Positions 37,025 to 46,297 of a stretch of 64,000 bases of DNA are shown here, piece by piece. The translations under genes were made by a program, and so were the position numbers. The number at the start of each line of letters is the position of its first letter. Positions within the stretch are counted from its first letter, which is position 1. The notes under the pieces are model-generated. The model was given only the letters and a program-made list of their open reading frames with translations. It ran no database searches and was not told the origin of the DNA. The DNA is from a candidate division FCPU426 bacterium (GTDB taxonomy: Bacteria; Oederibacteriota; JAAXVQ01; JAUVAV01): the NCBI GenBank assembly GCA_040756875.1, contig JBFLYH010000001.1, positions 928,001 through 992,000 on the forward strand, written 5' to 3'.

Positions 37025-38592
37025 CGCCATTTCCGGTCCGAACGCAGCTTGTACTCAAAGGAATCGGCTAAGGCTTCCCAGGAGGCTTCAATGACGTTCG
37101 TCGACACGCCCACCGTGCCCCACGCCGCACGCTCGTCCTGGCTCTCGATGAAAACCCGCACCCTGGCCGCGGTTCCTGTTTTGGAATCCAAGACCCTTAC
37201 TTTAAAATCAACCAACCGCATTTTCTTCAAATTCGGAAAATGAGGTTCAAGCGCTTTGCGCAAAGCATTGTCCAGGGCGTTGACCGGCCCGTCGCCTTCG
37301 GCTGCCGTATGGATCAGTATCCCCTTGAGTTTGATTTTTAAAGTGGCTTCGGTCACTAATTTCTGTTCACGTTGTTCTACGCTGACCCGATATCCTTCCA
37401 GATCGTAGAAGGAACGGCTTTGCTTTAATTGTTTTTCCATCAGGAGCCTGAAGCTTGCGTCGGCCCCTTCATATTTATAACCGTTATGCTCCAATTGCTT
37501 AACCCGTTCAATGATGCTCCTGGCTTCATCCGAGCCCGGTTTCAATTCCACGCCCATTTGCCCGGCTTTGAACAGAACCGAAGCCACGCCGGCCTGCTCC
37601 GAAATGATCAATCGGCGTTCGTTCCCGACGAGGGACGGGTTGATATGTTCATACGAAACCGGCGTTTTGCGGACCGCATCCACGTGCAAACCGCCTTTAT
37701 GCGCAAAAGCGTTCAACCCCACATACGGGCTGAACTCACGCGGCGGCACATTGGCGATTTCAGTCACCGCCCGCGATACCACTGTCAATTTGGAAAGCTT
37801 TTGAGGCGGCAGGCAGGCCTGCTTCATCTTGAGCTGCAAATTGGGGATCAGCGAGCACAAATTGGCATTGCCGCAGCGTTCGCCGTAGCCATTGATCGTT
37901 CCCTGCACCATGCGTGCCCCGGCATCAACCGCCGCCAGGGCATTGGCCACGGCCAATTCGGTGTCATTATGCGAATGTATGCCCAACGGCGTGGAAACGC
38001 CGGCCCGGGCGGCGCTGGTGATGGTACGGATGACATCGGGCAACGTGCCGCCGTTCGTGTCGCAAAGCACCAGCCAGGATGCGCCGGCTTCCGCCGCCGT
38101 GCGCAGGACTTCGAGTGCATAGGCGGGATTGGCCTGATAAGCATCGTAAAAATGCTCCGCGTCGAAAAACACTTCGCGTTTTTTGCCGACCAGGTAGTGC
38201 ACGCTGTCCTTGATCATGCGCAGGTTTTCCTCGAGCGTCGTGTGCAATACTTCGCGCACGTGCAGATCCCAGGTCTTGCCTACCAGTGCAATAACCGGCG
38301 CGCCGGTATCCAGCAGCGCCTGGATGGCCGGATCCTGGTCGACCCGGTATTTTGCCCGGCGGGTGCTGCCGAACGCGACCAGGCGGGCGTTCCGCAGCGG
38401 CTGCCGCTTGATCCGTTGGTAGAACTCGAGGTCTTTGGCATTGCCGGGCGCGGGATATCCGCCTTCGATGTAATGCACGCCCAGGTCGTCCAGCAAACGG
38501 GCGATGGCCAGTTTGTCCTCCAACGAAAACGATATTTCCTCGGCCTGGGCGCCGTCGCGCAGGGTGGTGTCATAGATCGTTATTTTCGTCAT
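37021..38592 (-). CDS. cimA: Citramalate synthase (CimA, LeuA-like)
   Basis: YDTTLRDG.Q.E, FFDAEHF.D, LCDTNGG, HSHND, GERCGNA, AFAHKGGLH, GDGPVNALD.ALRKAL, W.TVGVS.N.IEASW. Confidence 0.93.
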   Translation of the reverse strand: MTKITIYDTTLRDGAQAEEISFSLEDKLAIARLLDDLGVHYIEGGYPAPGNAKDLEFYQRIKRQPLRNARLVAFGSTRRAKYRVDQDPAIQALLDTGAPVIALVGKTWDLHVREVLHTTLEENLRMIKDSVHYLVGKKREVFFDAEHFYDAYQANPAYALEVLRTAAEAGASWLVLCDTNGGTLPDVIRTITSAARAGVSTPLGIHSHNDTELAVANALAAVDAGARMVQGTINGYGERCGNANLCSLIPNLQLKMKQACLPPQKLSKLTVVSRAVTEIANVPPREFSPYVGLNAFAHKGGLHVDAVRKTPVSYEHINPSLVGNERRLIISEQAGVASVLFKAGQMGVELKPGSDEARSIIERVKQLEHNGYKYEGADASFRLLMEKQLKQSRSFYDLEGYRVSVEQREQKLVTEATLKIKLKGILIHTAAEGDGPVNALDNALRKALEPHFPNLKKMRLVDFKVRVLDSKTGTAARVRVFIESQDERAAWGTVGVSTNVIEASWEALADSFEYKLRSDRKWR

Positions 38593-38607
38593 GGTGCGCT
38601 CCTTTCC

Positions 38608-40323
38608 CTAGGCCCTCGGCTGGTTCGGGTCCGAAGGACGGAAATCTTTGATTTCAACCTGTAGCGTGGTTGATTGGTTCCAGACATTTTCCGACGCATA
38701 ACCGGCAATATCAATCAAATTATGCAAAGCCGCCTCCTCAGCCCGATGGCCCAGGCCAAATCCGATGGCGTCGAGATATCGTCCCCGGTCGTCTGTGACC
38801 TTGAATTTAAGGTGCTTCTCCCCCACCACCCGGGGCGGCAAACACAGCTTGAGCCGCTTGAATCCCAGAAGCGGACGGGGATTTTGACATCCGAAGGGCT
38901 CGAACTGACGCAGTTCCGATATCAAGCGCGGGTTCAATTCGCCGATTTCCGAGTTCGCTTCCAATCGCAAGCGTGGCGCAAGCGTTTCGGCTCCCAACCG
39001 GATTGAGGCTTCGGCCTGCATCGCCGCGGCAAAGGCGTCCAGACGTCCCTCTTCAAGCTTCACGCCTGCCGCCAATTCATGTCCTCCCCATTGTTGCAGC
39101 AATCCCTCAAGGCCCGGCAAAACCTGATGCAATGGAAAGCCGGGAATGCTGCGGGCTGAGCCGCGCAACAAGTTCTTTTCCTGGGTAAAGATAATGCTGG
39201 GACGCCCGTATTTGTCGCACAAACGGGAAGCGACCAAGCCAACCACGCCGGCGGGCCAATCCTTCCCGACGGCGATCAATACCGAAGGCAAATCCGGGGC
39301 AGCGGCAATGTGCGCTTCGGCCTGGGCCAAAACCGCCTGTTCCAGATTCTGCCGCTCCTGATTCTGGCTGTGCAGAAACGCAGCCAGATTCTGCGCATCC
39401 TCCGCATCGTGTGCCAGCAACAGATCCAGCCCCCTGCGCGCATCGCCCAGCCGCCCGGCGGCATTGAGGCGCGGTCCCAGCCTGAACGCCACGTCCAGGG
39501 AAGTGACCGGTTTGTCCTTCAGACCCGCCGCCCGCGCTAGGGCGGCGAGCCCTATCCGCTGGCTGCGGTTGATGACCACCAAACCGGCTCGGACCAGGAG
39601 CCGGTTTTCTCCGACCAGGGGCACCACATCCGCGATGGTCCCCAGCGCCACCAGGTCGAGAAAGCGCCTCAGGGCTTCGGGATCCTTTTCGCCCAACGCG
39701 GCGGCCGCCGCGCGCACGACTTGAAACGCCACGCCGACGCCGGCCAACGACTTCCAATCCGGGTCGCTCCCTATTTTCGGGTCGACGACCAGATTGGCCT
39801 GCGGGGTTTCCGCACCCGGTTCATGGTGATCAGTGATCAACACTTCCAGGCCCCGTTCCCTCGCCAAGGCCACTTCAGTTGACGCCGTGATTCCGCAGTC
39901 CACGGTGACCAGCAGTTTTGCGCCGGAAGCGGCCATCTCCTGCACTGCCGGGGCATTCAATCCGTAACCGTTTTCAAGCCGGTGCGGCAGGTAAGCCTCC
40001 GCCGTCCCGCCGCGGGAACGGATGAATTCCAGCATCAACGCCGTGGCGGAAATGCCGTCCACATCGTAATCCCCGAATACCGCGATCCGCTCGTTCCGCT
40101 TCACCGCCTCCGCCAGGCGGTTGCCGGCAGCTTCGGCGCCGGGCAAATCCGTGTACGAGCGGAAGCGCGGAGCCGTCGGCCGTAAAAAATCCGGTGCCGT
40201 CTCCTCGTTCAACCCCCGGCGCAGCAAGATTTGGGCAACCAGCGGCAGCACATTCAGCCGGCGTGCCAGGGATTCGGTCTGAAGCGCATCGATGGCAGAC
40301 GGTTCAATCCAAAGTTTCTTCAC
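38608..40323 (-). CDS. recJ: Single-stranded-DNA-specific exonuclease RecJ
   Basis: GDYDVDG, GYGL, TVDCG, ITDHHE, LAGVGVAF, GTIADVVPL, PRLNAAGR, GSARS, GGH..AAG, EPFG..N. GTG start at 40323. Confidence 0.96.
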   Translation of the reverse strand: MKKLWIEPSAIDALQTESLARRLNVLPLVAQILLRRGLNEETAPDFLRPTAPRFRSYTDLPGAEAAGNRLAEAVKRNERIAVFGDYDVDGISATALMLEFIRSRGGTAEAYLPHRLENGYGLNAPAVQEMAASGAKLLVTVDCGITASTEVALARERGLEVLITDHHEPGAETPQANLVVDPKIGSDPDWKSLAGVGVAFQVVRAAAAALGEKDPEALRRFLDLVALGTIADVVPLVGENRLLVRAGLVVINRSQRIGLAALARAAGLKDKPVTSLDVAFRLGPRLNAAGRLGDARRGLDLLLAHDAEDAQNLAAFLHSQNQERQNLEQAVLAQAEAHIAAAPDLPSVLIAVGKDWPAGVVGLVASRLCDKYGRPSIIFTQEKNLLRGSARSIPGFPLHQVLPGLEGLLQQWGGHELAAGVKLEEGRLDAFAAAMQAEASIRLGAETLAPRLRLEANSEIGELNPRLISELRQFEPFGCQNPRPLLGFKRLKLCLPPRVVGEKHLKFKVTDDRGRYLDAIGFGLGHRAEEAALHNLIDIAGYASENVWNQSTTLQVEIKDFRPSDPNQPRA

Positions 40324-40559
40324 AATCCTGTTCTCGCATTCTTGGTTGAGGCGGAATAACGGCCAGGGAATGGGCGAAGGAGTGCTGGAACGTCCGACCG
40401 AAACAGGAGCGCTGTGGAGCCCCCCGATCATATTCGGGACATCTCGCCTGCCAGACGGCGTCCCTTCAGGGAAAATCCCATATCATCCAGTCGGGACGAC
40501 ACCCCCGGAGCAGTCGTTAAAATATCCCGGCTGAACGGTCCGCGGCCTAAACAGGGGGT

Positions 40560-42356
40560 CTAACTGGATACGCGCAGCAGTTCTTCGTACGACGTCACAC
40601 CCGCCAGCGCTTTTTTAGCCACCAGGGTCCTGAGGGAAATGAATCCCGGCGTTTCGGCGATGGTCTTTTTCATGACCGCCGCCGGCGCTTTGCTAAAAAT
40701 CTGATCCCTTAGTCCTTCGCGCACTGGAATGATCTCGAATACCGCCTGCCGTCCGCGGTAGCCGGTCTGGGAACACTGCTCGCACCCTTTGCCGCGGTAA
40801 AGCATGACTTTTCGTCCGGCCGGCGCCCCCAGGTACTTGGCGATTTCCGGCGAGGCTTCATAGCTCTCCTTGCACTGGGAGCAAATGACGCGCACCAGAC
40901 GCTGGTTGACGACCGCGCTCAAGGAGGAGCCGACCAGATAAGGTTCCAGCCCCATGTTGATCAAGTATTGAATGGCGGCCACGCCGTCGTTGGCGTGGAG
41001 GGCGCTGATGATCATGTGCCCCGTGGGCACGGCATCCAAAACCGCACGCGCCAATTCCAGGTCGTTCAGGCTGCCGACCAGCAGTACGTCCGAGTCCTGC
41101 ATCAACATGGCACGCACGCCCGATTGATAGGTCACGCCCCGCTTCTCGTTGACCATGACCTGGTTAATGCCGGTCAAGGAATGGTCCGCTGACTCGTCCA
41201 CCGCCGAAACATTGCGGGTGGGCTGGTTCAAACTGTTCAGGGTTGCGTAAGCGGTGGTGGATTTGCCCGATTGCCGCGGCCCGCTGAGCAAAACCAAGCC
41301 GTAGGGCTGGGCCAGCAGTCTGCGATAAATTTCCAACTGGGCCGGCTCCATGCCCAATTTGTCCAGATCCAGGGCGATGGCCTCCGCATTCAGAATGTGC
41401 ATGACGACTTTTTCGCCCCACAACGTGGGAGCGATGAAGATCGACAACGTAACTTCCTTGCCAGGGATTTTCAACCGCATCCGGCCCTGCTGGGCCTGGC
41501 CTTTGGTTTGGGTATCCATTTCCGCCATGGTCTTCAATCGCGCGGCCAGGGCGTTGGCCAGCGACCGGGGCGGAGATTGCACTTCCTGCAGGACGCCATC
41601 GATCCGCCAGCGGATACGGAAGCTCTTTTCGTAAGGCTCAAAGTGGATATCCGTGGCATTGACTTTCGAAGCCTCGCTCAGAACACTGGTCAGAAAGTTG
41701 ATGACCGGAGTGTCGCCGGGTCCGCTGGCGCTGGCGGTGGGAATGGACGACAGGGGCTCGGGCGTGCTGTCCGCCGCCGAAGCGGCGGCTGCAGCGGCAG
41801 CCGCCATGCTGTTCGACGCCGGCGCGGGCGCCGCTTTGACCGCCATGGTCGGCGGCGCGGCGCCAAAAGTGTCATCGCCGACGGAAGCCTTGACCAATTC
41901 CCCGGTATCTTCCTCCTTGAATCCGAAATACTTGTCCAAAGCGGTCTTGATTTCCTTTTCCGAGGAAAGGCGCAACTCCAGATCACAGCGCGTAGTCAGC
42001 TTGATATCGTCGGCCACAAACACATTGGTGGGATCGGCCATGGCGATGGTCAATGTGTTCCCTTTTTTACTGAGGGGAATGACATGCTGCGTACGCATGA
42101 GGGTTTCGGGCATTAATTTCAAGAGGGCCGGCTGGACGCTTTGCATTTCAGCCAGGGAAACATAGGGCACTCCCATTTGCGTGCCCAGGAAAGCCATGAG
42201 CACTTCCAATGTGACGTAACCTTTGCGCACCAGCACTTCGCCGATCTTCTCGCCGGTCACTTTTTGTTCCTGCAGGCCCTCCTGGAGCTGTTCCTGCGTG
42301 ATAATCTCCTCATCCAGGAGCATTTCACCGATGCGGTGTCCTTTGCTGGTCGCCAT
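40560..42356 (-). CDS. PilB/GspE-family protein with MshEN-like N-terminus and degenerate ATPase motifs
   Basis: RIGEMLL..KIGEVLV..G, IAMADP, A.DIHFEP..R.RIDG.L, GPRQSGKSTT, QRLVR.ICSQC, G.GCEQC..TGY.GR..FE. The Asp box and Walker B are altered. Confidence 0.88.
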   Translation of the reverse strand: MATSKGHRIGEMLLDEEIITQEQLQEGLQEQKVTGEKIGEVLVRKGYVTLEVLMAFLGTQMGVPYVSLAEMQSVQPALLKLMPETLMRTQHVIPLSKKGNTLTIAMADPTNVFVADDIKLTTRCDLELRLSSEKEIKTALDKYFGFKEEDTGELVKASVGDDTFGAAPPTMAVKAAPAPASNSMAAAAAAAASAADSTPEPLSSIPTASASGPGDTPVINFLTSVLSEASKVNATDIHFEPYEKSFRIRWRIDGVLQEVQSPPRSLANALAARLKTMAEMDTQTKGQAQQGRMRLKIPGKEVTLSIFIAPTLWGEKVVMHILNAEAIALDLDKLGMEPAQLEIYRRLLAQPYGLVLLSGPRQSGKSTTAYATLNSLNQPTRNVSAVDESADHSLTGINQVMVNEKRGVTYQSGVRAMLMQDSDVLLVGSLNDLELARAVLDAVPTGHMIISALHANDGVAAIQYLINMGLEPYLVGSSLSAVVNQRLVRVICSQCKESYEASPEIAKYLGAPAGRKVMLYRGKGCEQCSQTGYRGRQAVFEIIPVREGLRDQIFSKAPAAVMKKTIAETPGFISLRTLVAKKALAGVTSYEELLRVSS

Positions 42357-42450
42357 ACGCGCCCCTCCTCGCCCTGATCTCCCTAAAGGGACTTCCTCCG
42401 GTCGCACCGACCGGTTTGATATGGGACTCTCTCCGGTCGCCTGCGGCTGT

Positions 42451-44157
42451 TTAGCCGCCGAAAAGTCCGAAAAGCCCCTTCTTCTTGTCCTGTTTCTTCA
42501 CTTCGCCTTCATCCGCCGGCTTGTCCGTCTTCACTTCCTGGTAATCGACCGCCTTCCCGCGTTCGAAGGTTTTATGTTTGCTGGTGTCATGCCGATCCGG
42601 CATCCGGGTATCGGCTTGTTCCTTGGTGAATTGCGAAATTTCCGACTCGGACAATCCGGAATTGGGTGTGATCTTGATCGCCTGTTCCTTGCCGGTGCCC
42701 AAATCCGTGGCCGAAACGCGCACGATGCCGTTGGCGTCCACGTCAAAGCATACTTCGATCTGAGGCACCTCCCTGGGAGCGGGAGGGATGCCGACCAAAT
42801 CAAAAGTCCCGATCAATTTGTTGTCGGCGGCCATGGGTTTTTCGCCTTGGTAAACCTGGATGCGGACGAAGGTTTGGTTGTCCTTGGCCGTGGAAAATAT
42901 TTCGGCTTTGCGCACGGGAATGGTGCTGTTTTTCTCAATAATTTTCGACATCATGCCGCCTTCGGTACGAATGCCGAGCGAAAACGGGGTGACGTCGAGG
43001 AGCAGAATGTCGCGGATGTTGCCTTTTAATACGGAGGCTTGTATGGCAGCGCCTGCGGCTACGGCCTCGTCCGGATTGACGCCGGCATAGGGTTCCTTGT
43101 TGAATTGCCGGCGGACGATTTCGCGCACTTTCGGCATGCGGGTCATGCCCCCCACCAAAACCACCTCGTCAATATCAGCCGGTTTTAATCCCGAATCGTG
43201 CAAAGCCACTTCGCAGGGTTTGATCGTGCTTTCGATCAAATCCCTGGTCAGTTCTTCAAGCTTGCCCCGGGTCAGTTTGGCGGCAAGGTGTTTGGGACCC
43301 GAGGCGTCCGAAGCAATGAAGGGCAGCGAAATGTCCGATGCCGGTTTCTCCGACAACTCGCACTTGGCTTTCTCCCCCACTTCTTTCAGGCGTTGCAAGG
43401 CGATCCGGTCCTTGCGCAAATCGATCTTTTCCTTTTTCAGGAATTCCTCGATCAGCCAGTCGATGATTCGTTGGTCGAAATCGTCACCGCCAAGGTGGGT
43501 GTCGCCGGACGTGGCTTTGACTTCGTAGACGCCGTTGCCCAGCTCCAATATACTGAAATCAAAAGTGCCGCCGCCGAGGTCATAAACCGCGATTTTGCGT
43601 TTGGTCTTGCGGTCGAATCCGGACGCCAGCGAAGCGGCCGTGGGTTCGTTGATGATCCGCAGCACTTCCAAACCCGCTATCCGTCCTGCGTCCTTGGTCG
43701 CCTGGCGCTGACTGTCGTTGAAGTAGGCCGGGCAGGTGATGACCGCCTTTTCGATTTTCTCGCCGAGATGCGCCTCGCAATCGCGTTTGATCTTCCCCAG
43801 GATCATGGCCGAAATTTCAGGCGGCGAATAATTCCGGTTGTTGACTTTCACCCGCACATCGCCGTTGCTGGCCGCCACCAGCGAATAGGGCACCAACTCC
43901 CGGTCCTTCTGGACCGCGGGGTCGTCCAGTTTAAGCCCCATGAAGCGCTTGATGGAAAATACCGTGGTTTCAGGGTTGATGACTTCCTGGCGCTTGGCCG
44001 GCTCCCCCACCACCACTTCGTTGTTTTTCATGAAGCTGACCACCGAGGGCGTGGTCCTCATGCCTTCGGCATTGGGAATGATGATGAGCTCATTGTCCTG
44101 CATGATCGCGGCGCACGAGTTCGTGGTGCCGAGGTCTATGCCGATGATTTTTGACAT
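42451..44157 (-). CDS. dnaK: Hsp70/DnaK paralogue, C-terminally truncated (most of the helical lid absent)
   Basis: [49 protein letters not shown], linker [27 protein letters not shown]. Only 568 aa. Confidence 0.93.
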   Translation of the reverse strand: MSKIIGIDLGTTNSCAAIMQDNELIIIPNAEGMRTTPSVVSFMKNNEVVVGEPAKRQEVINPETTVFSIKRFMGLKLDDPAVQKDRELVPYSLVAASNGDVRVKVNNRNYSPPEISAMILGKIKRDCEAHLGEKIEKAVITCPAYFNDSQRQATKDAGRIAGLEVLRIINEPTAASLASGFDRKTKRKIAVYDLGGGTFDFSILELGNGVYEVKATSGDTHLGGDDFDQRIIDWLIEEFLKKEKIDLRKDRIALQRLKEVGEKAKCELSEKPASDISLPFIASDASGPKHLAAKLTRGKLEELTRDLIESTIKPCEVALHDSGLKPADIDEVVLVGGMTRMPKVREIVRRQFNKEPYAGVNPDEAVAAGAAIQASVLKGNIRDILLLDVTPFSLGIRTEGGMMSKIIEKNSTIPVRKAEIFSTAKDNQTFVRIQVYQGEKPMAADNKLIGTFDLVGIPPAPREVPQIEVCFDVDANGIVRVSATDLGTGKEQAIKITPNSGLSESEISQFTKEQADTRMPDRHDTSKHKTFERGKAVDYQEVKTDKPADEGEVKKQDKKKGLFGLFGG

Positions 44158-44187
44158 GCCAACCGCCTTTCCGTCCGACCGCCGGTC

Positions 44188-44733
44188 CTATTTCTTGCCC
44201 AACTCGTCCAAACGCCGCAGGGTCCGTTGGATTTCTTGATCTTTGGGCAGCAGCAACTTGACTTTTTTGAAATAGGTTCGGGCATCCTCCAGCTTTCCCA
44301 TCTCCACCAGGCACAGCGCCATGTTGTACAGGGCCTCCGGGAATTTCGGCCATTGCAGGACCGCTTCGCGGAATTTGGCCAAAGCTTTGGGCTTCTGCCG
44401 GCTGTAGAGCGCCACGCCCGCCCCAAACTGGGCGATCGCCGCAGTCCATTGTTTTTTTTGCTTGCTTTGGAAAAAAAAGAAGCGTTTTTCCGGCGCCTTT
44501 TTCTTGAGCGGGCAATAGATTTGGAAGTTATATACTTTTCTTTTCTCAGGATCCGAGAGCGTCTGATAGGCCTCCACCACTTTGGCTGTCATCTGATGGG
44601 CCCAATCAGCGCGATCCGGGTTGTGGTCGGGATGATACTTGTACAACAGCATGCGGTAGGCCGACTCGATCTCCTCGCGGTTGGCCGCCGGATACACTTC
44701 CAAGATTTCGTAAAAATTCTGCTCGCTGGCCAT
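44188..44733 (-). CDS. J-domain plus TPR protein
   Basis: NFYEILEV..A..EI..AYR..YHPD..EAY.TLSDP.KR..Y; C-terminal TPR (P.FPEALYNMA.C..G..A..F..P). Confidence 0.88.
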   Translation of the reverse strand: MASEQNFYEILEVYPAANREEIESAYRMLLYKYHPDHNPDRADWAHQMTAKVVEAYQTLSDPEKRKVYNFQIYCPLKKKAPEKRFFFFQSKQKKQWTAAIAQFGAGVALYSRQKPKALAKFREAVLQWPKFPEALYNMALCLVEMGKLEDARTYFKKVKLLLPKDQEIQRTLRRLDELGKK

Positions 44734-44814
44734 AAGTCCTTTTTGGTTTACTCTTTATTTTTAATATCGTCATTCCGGCATGTCTTTAGCCGGAATCCAG
44801 TGGTATTGCTCAAG

Positions 44815-46275
44815 TTAGAATTTCGCGCCGGTAATGCGGTAGACTTCGATCGTCTCGCCGCTATCCGGCATCTGCAAATCCTCCACTTTGTCGCCGCGGA
44901 TCAAATTGGTGACCCGTCTGAACACGTCGCCCGCCACCATGACCACGGAAAACGCCTGGTTGCTCATTTTCTGGGTAAAGCTCAGGTAATCGCGGATGAC
45001 CTCGGTTGCCGTCAAACCGCGCTGGGTCAGCAGCGAACCATTGGCTTCCCCGGAGGCGACGCCCAGGGAAATGAACAGCGGCTTCTCGTTTCTGGCCACC
45101 CGCCGCTTGTTGATTTCCGCCAGCGCTTTTTGCACGTTCACGGCGGTGATGATCGCGCGCCGGTCGTCATCCTGGTGCGCTTGCGGGACCCCAAAAACCG
45201 CCAGAAACAGGTTCTCGGTGAATTTATAGACCTGGCCTTCGTACTCAAAAAGCGCGTGCACGAATTTCTTGAAATAAGCGTCCACGGCTTCGGCGAAGCT
45301 GGCGGCGTCCTCGGTAGTGGCCTGTTGGGAGACCTGGCTGAGGTCGGCGAAGAGCACGGTGACGGGATGGCGTTTGCCTTCAACTTCCGGCGAGCCCGCG
45401 ACCGCCGAAGCGTCGATGAACCGTTCCTGGGCTTCCTTGGTGATGTACAGTTCGAAGGAGGCTTTAATCTTCTCGACTTCTTTTAATTCGTCGGCCACTA
45501 CGTCGAACGCATCCTTGATGCGCACTTTTTCCTTGAGTTCTTGGACCATGAGATTGAAACTTTCGGTGAGCAATCCGATTTCATCCTTGCTTTTGACCTT
45601 GGCGGTGACCCCCAAGTCGCCTTTGGCCACCTTGGACATGGCTGCCGTCAGTTCGGCAATCGGCCGTGTGACGGTTTTGGAAACCCACAACGCCCCCGCG
45701 AAGCCGACGATCATCATGACCAGCGTGAGCAGAATATTCAGTATCTTCGCGAGCATGATTTCCCTTTTCAAGGTCAGCAAAGAGAACCGGAGGTTGACCG
45801 TGGCCACCCGGGCGTCTTCCACCACGATGTCACCCGAGATTTTCGCGGTGTTGCCGGCCGGAAAAGCATACTGCGTAAGTTTGAGGAGGGACGCCTGGCT
45901 TTCGTCCATCCCCTGCAGGGCGGGATCCAGCAAGGCGACCGTGGCCGGATTCAGGGTGAAGGCCTTAATGTCGCCCTCAGTGCCGACGATGGAAATGTAA
46001 ACGATGTTGGCGTCAAGGTTCCTGATAACTTTGATGAATTCCTGGAAGACCGGCCACGCCACGCGTTCGCCGGCCAACGGTTCGATCAATTTCAACGCCG
46101 CGACCATGTTGGCCACGTCGGTCATGCGTTTGTCCATCTCCTGGACTTTGACCTGTTCTTCTTTGTATATCGAAAAGTAGGACACCACGCCCATGATGAG
46201 GGCCACGAGCGCGATCACCAACACGGTGATTTTATAGGTTAAGCCGAATGTGGCTTTCTGTTTATTTCCGGCCAT
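44815..46275 (-). CDS. Membrane sensor with HAMP and a degenerate class III nucleotide cyclase domain
   Basis: Two TM segments flanking a periplasmic domain; HAMP VTRPI.EL..AM.KVA.GDL..DEIG.L..FN.M; cyclase fold VTVLFAD..Y.G.V.KF..AVFG.P..DD.RRA..A..IS.G.ASG. Confidence 0.85.
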   Translation of the reverse strand: MAGNKQKATFGLTYKITVLVIALVALIMGVVSYFSIYKEEQVKVQEMDKRMTDVANMVAALKLIEPLAGERVAWPVFQEFIKVIRNLDANIVYISIVGTEGDIKAFTLNPATVALLDPALQGMDESQASLLKLTQYAFPAGNTAKISGDIVVEDARVATVNLRFSLLTLKREIMLAKILNILLTLVMMIVGFAGALWVSKTVTRPIAELTAAMSKVAKGDLGVTAKVKSKDEIGLLTESFNLMVQELKEKVRIKDAFDVVADELKEVEKIKASFELYITKEAQERFIDASAVAGSPEVEGKRHPVTVLFADLSQVSQQATTEDAASFAEAVDAYFKKFVHALFEYEGQVYKFTENLFLAVFGVPQAHQDDDRRAIITAVNVQKALAEINKRRVARNEKPLFISLGVASGEANGSLLTQRGLTATEVIRDYLSFTQKMSNQAFSVVMVAGDVFRRVTNLIRGDKVEDLQMPDSGETIEVYRITGAKF

Positions 46276-46297
46276 GTATCATTCCCATTTCCCGCTG

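Noticed and set aside
40324-40559. Structured RNA in the PilB-like/recJ gap, or an N-terminal extension of RecJ to 40431
   Set aside because: Only short GC-rich hairpins of the kind expected by chance; the extension looks non-homologous and the GTG at 40323 has an RBS.
42451-44733. Housekeeping dnaK-dnaJ heat-shock operon
   Set aside because: No grpE or hrcA, no CIRCE element seen, the J protein lacks the G/F and zinc-finger regions, and the DnaK lacks its lid.
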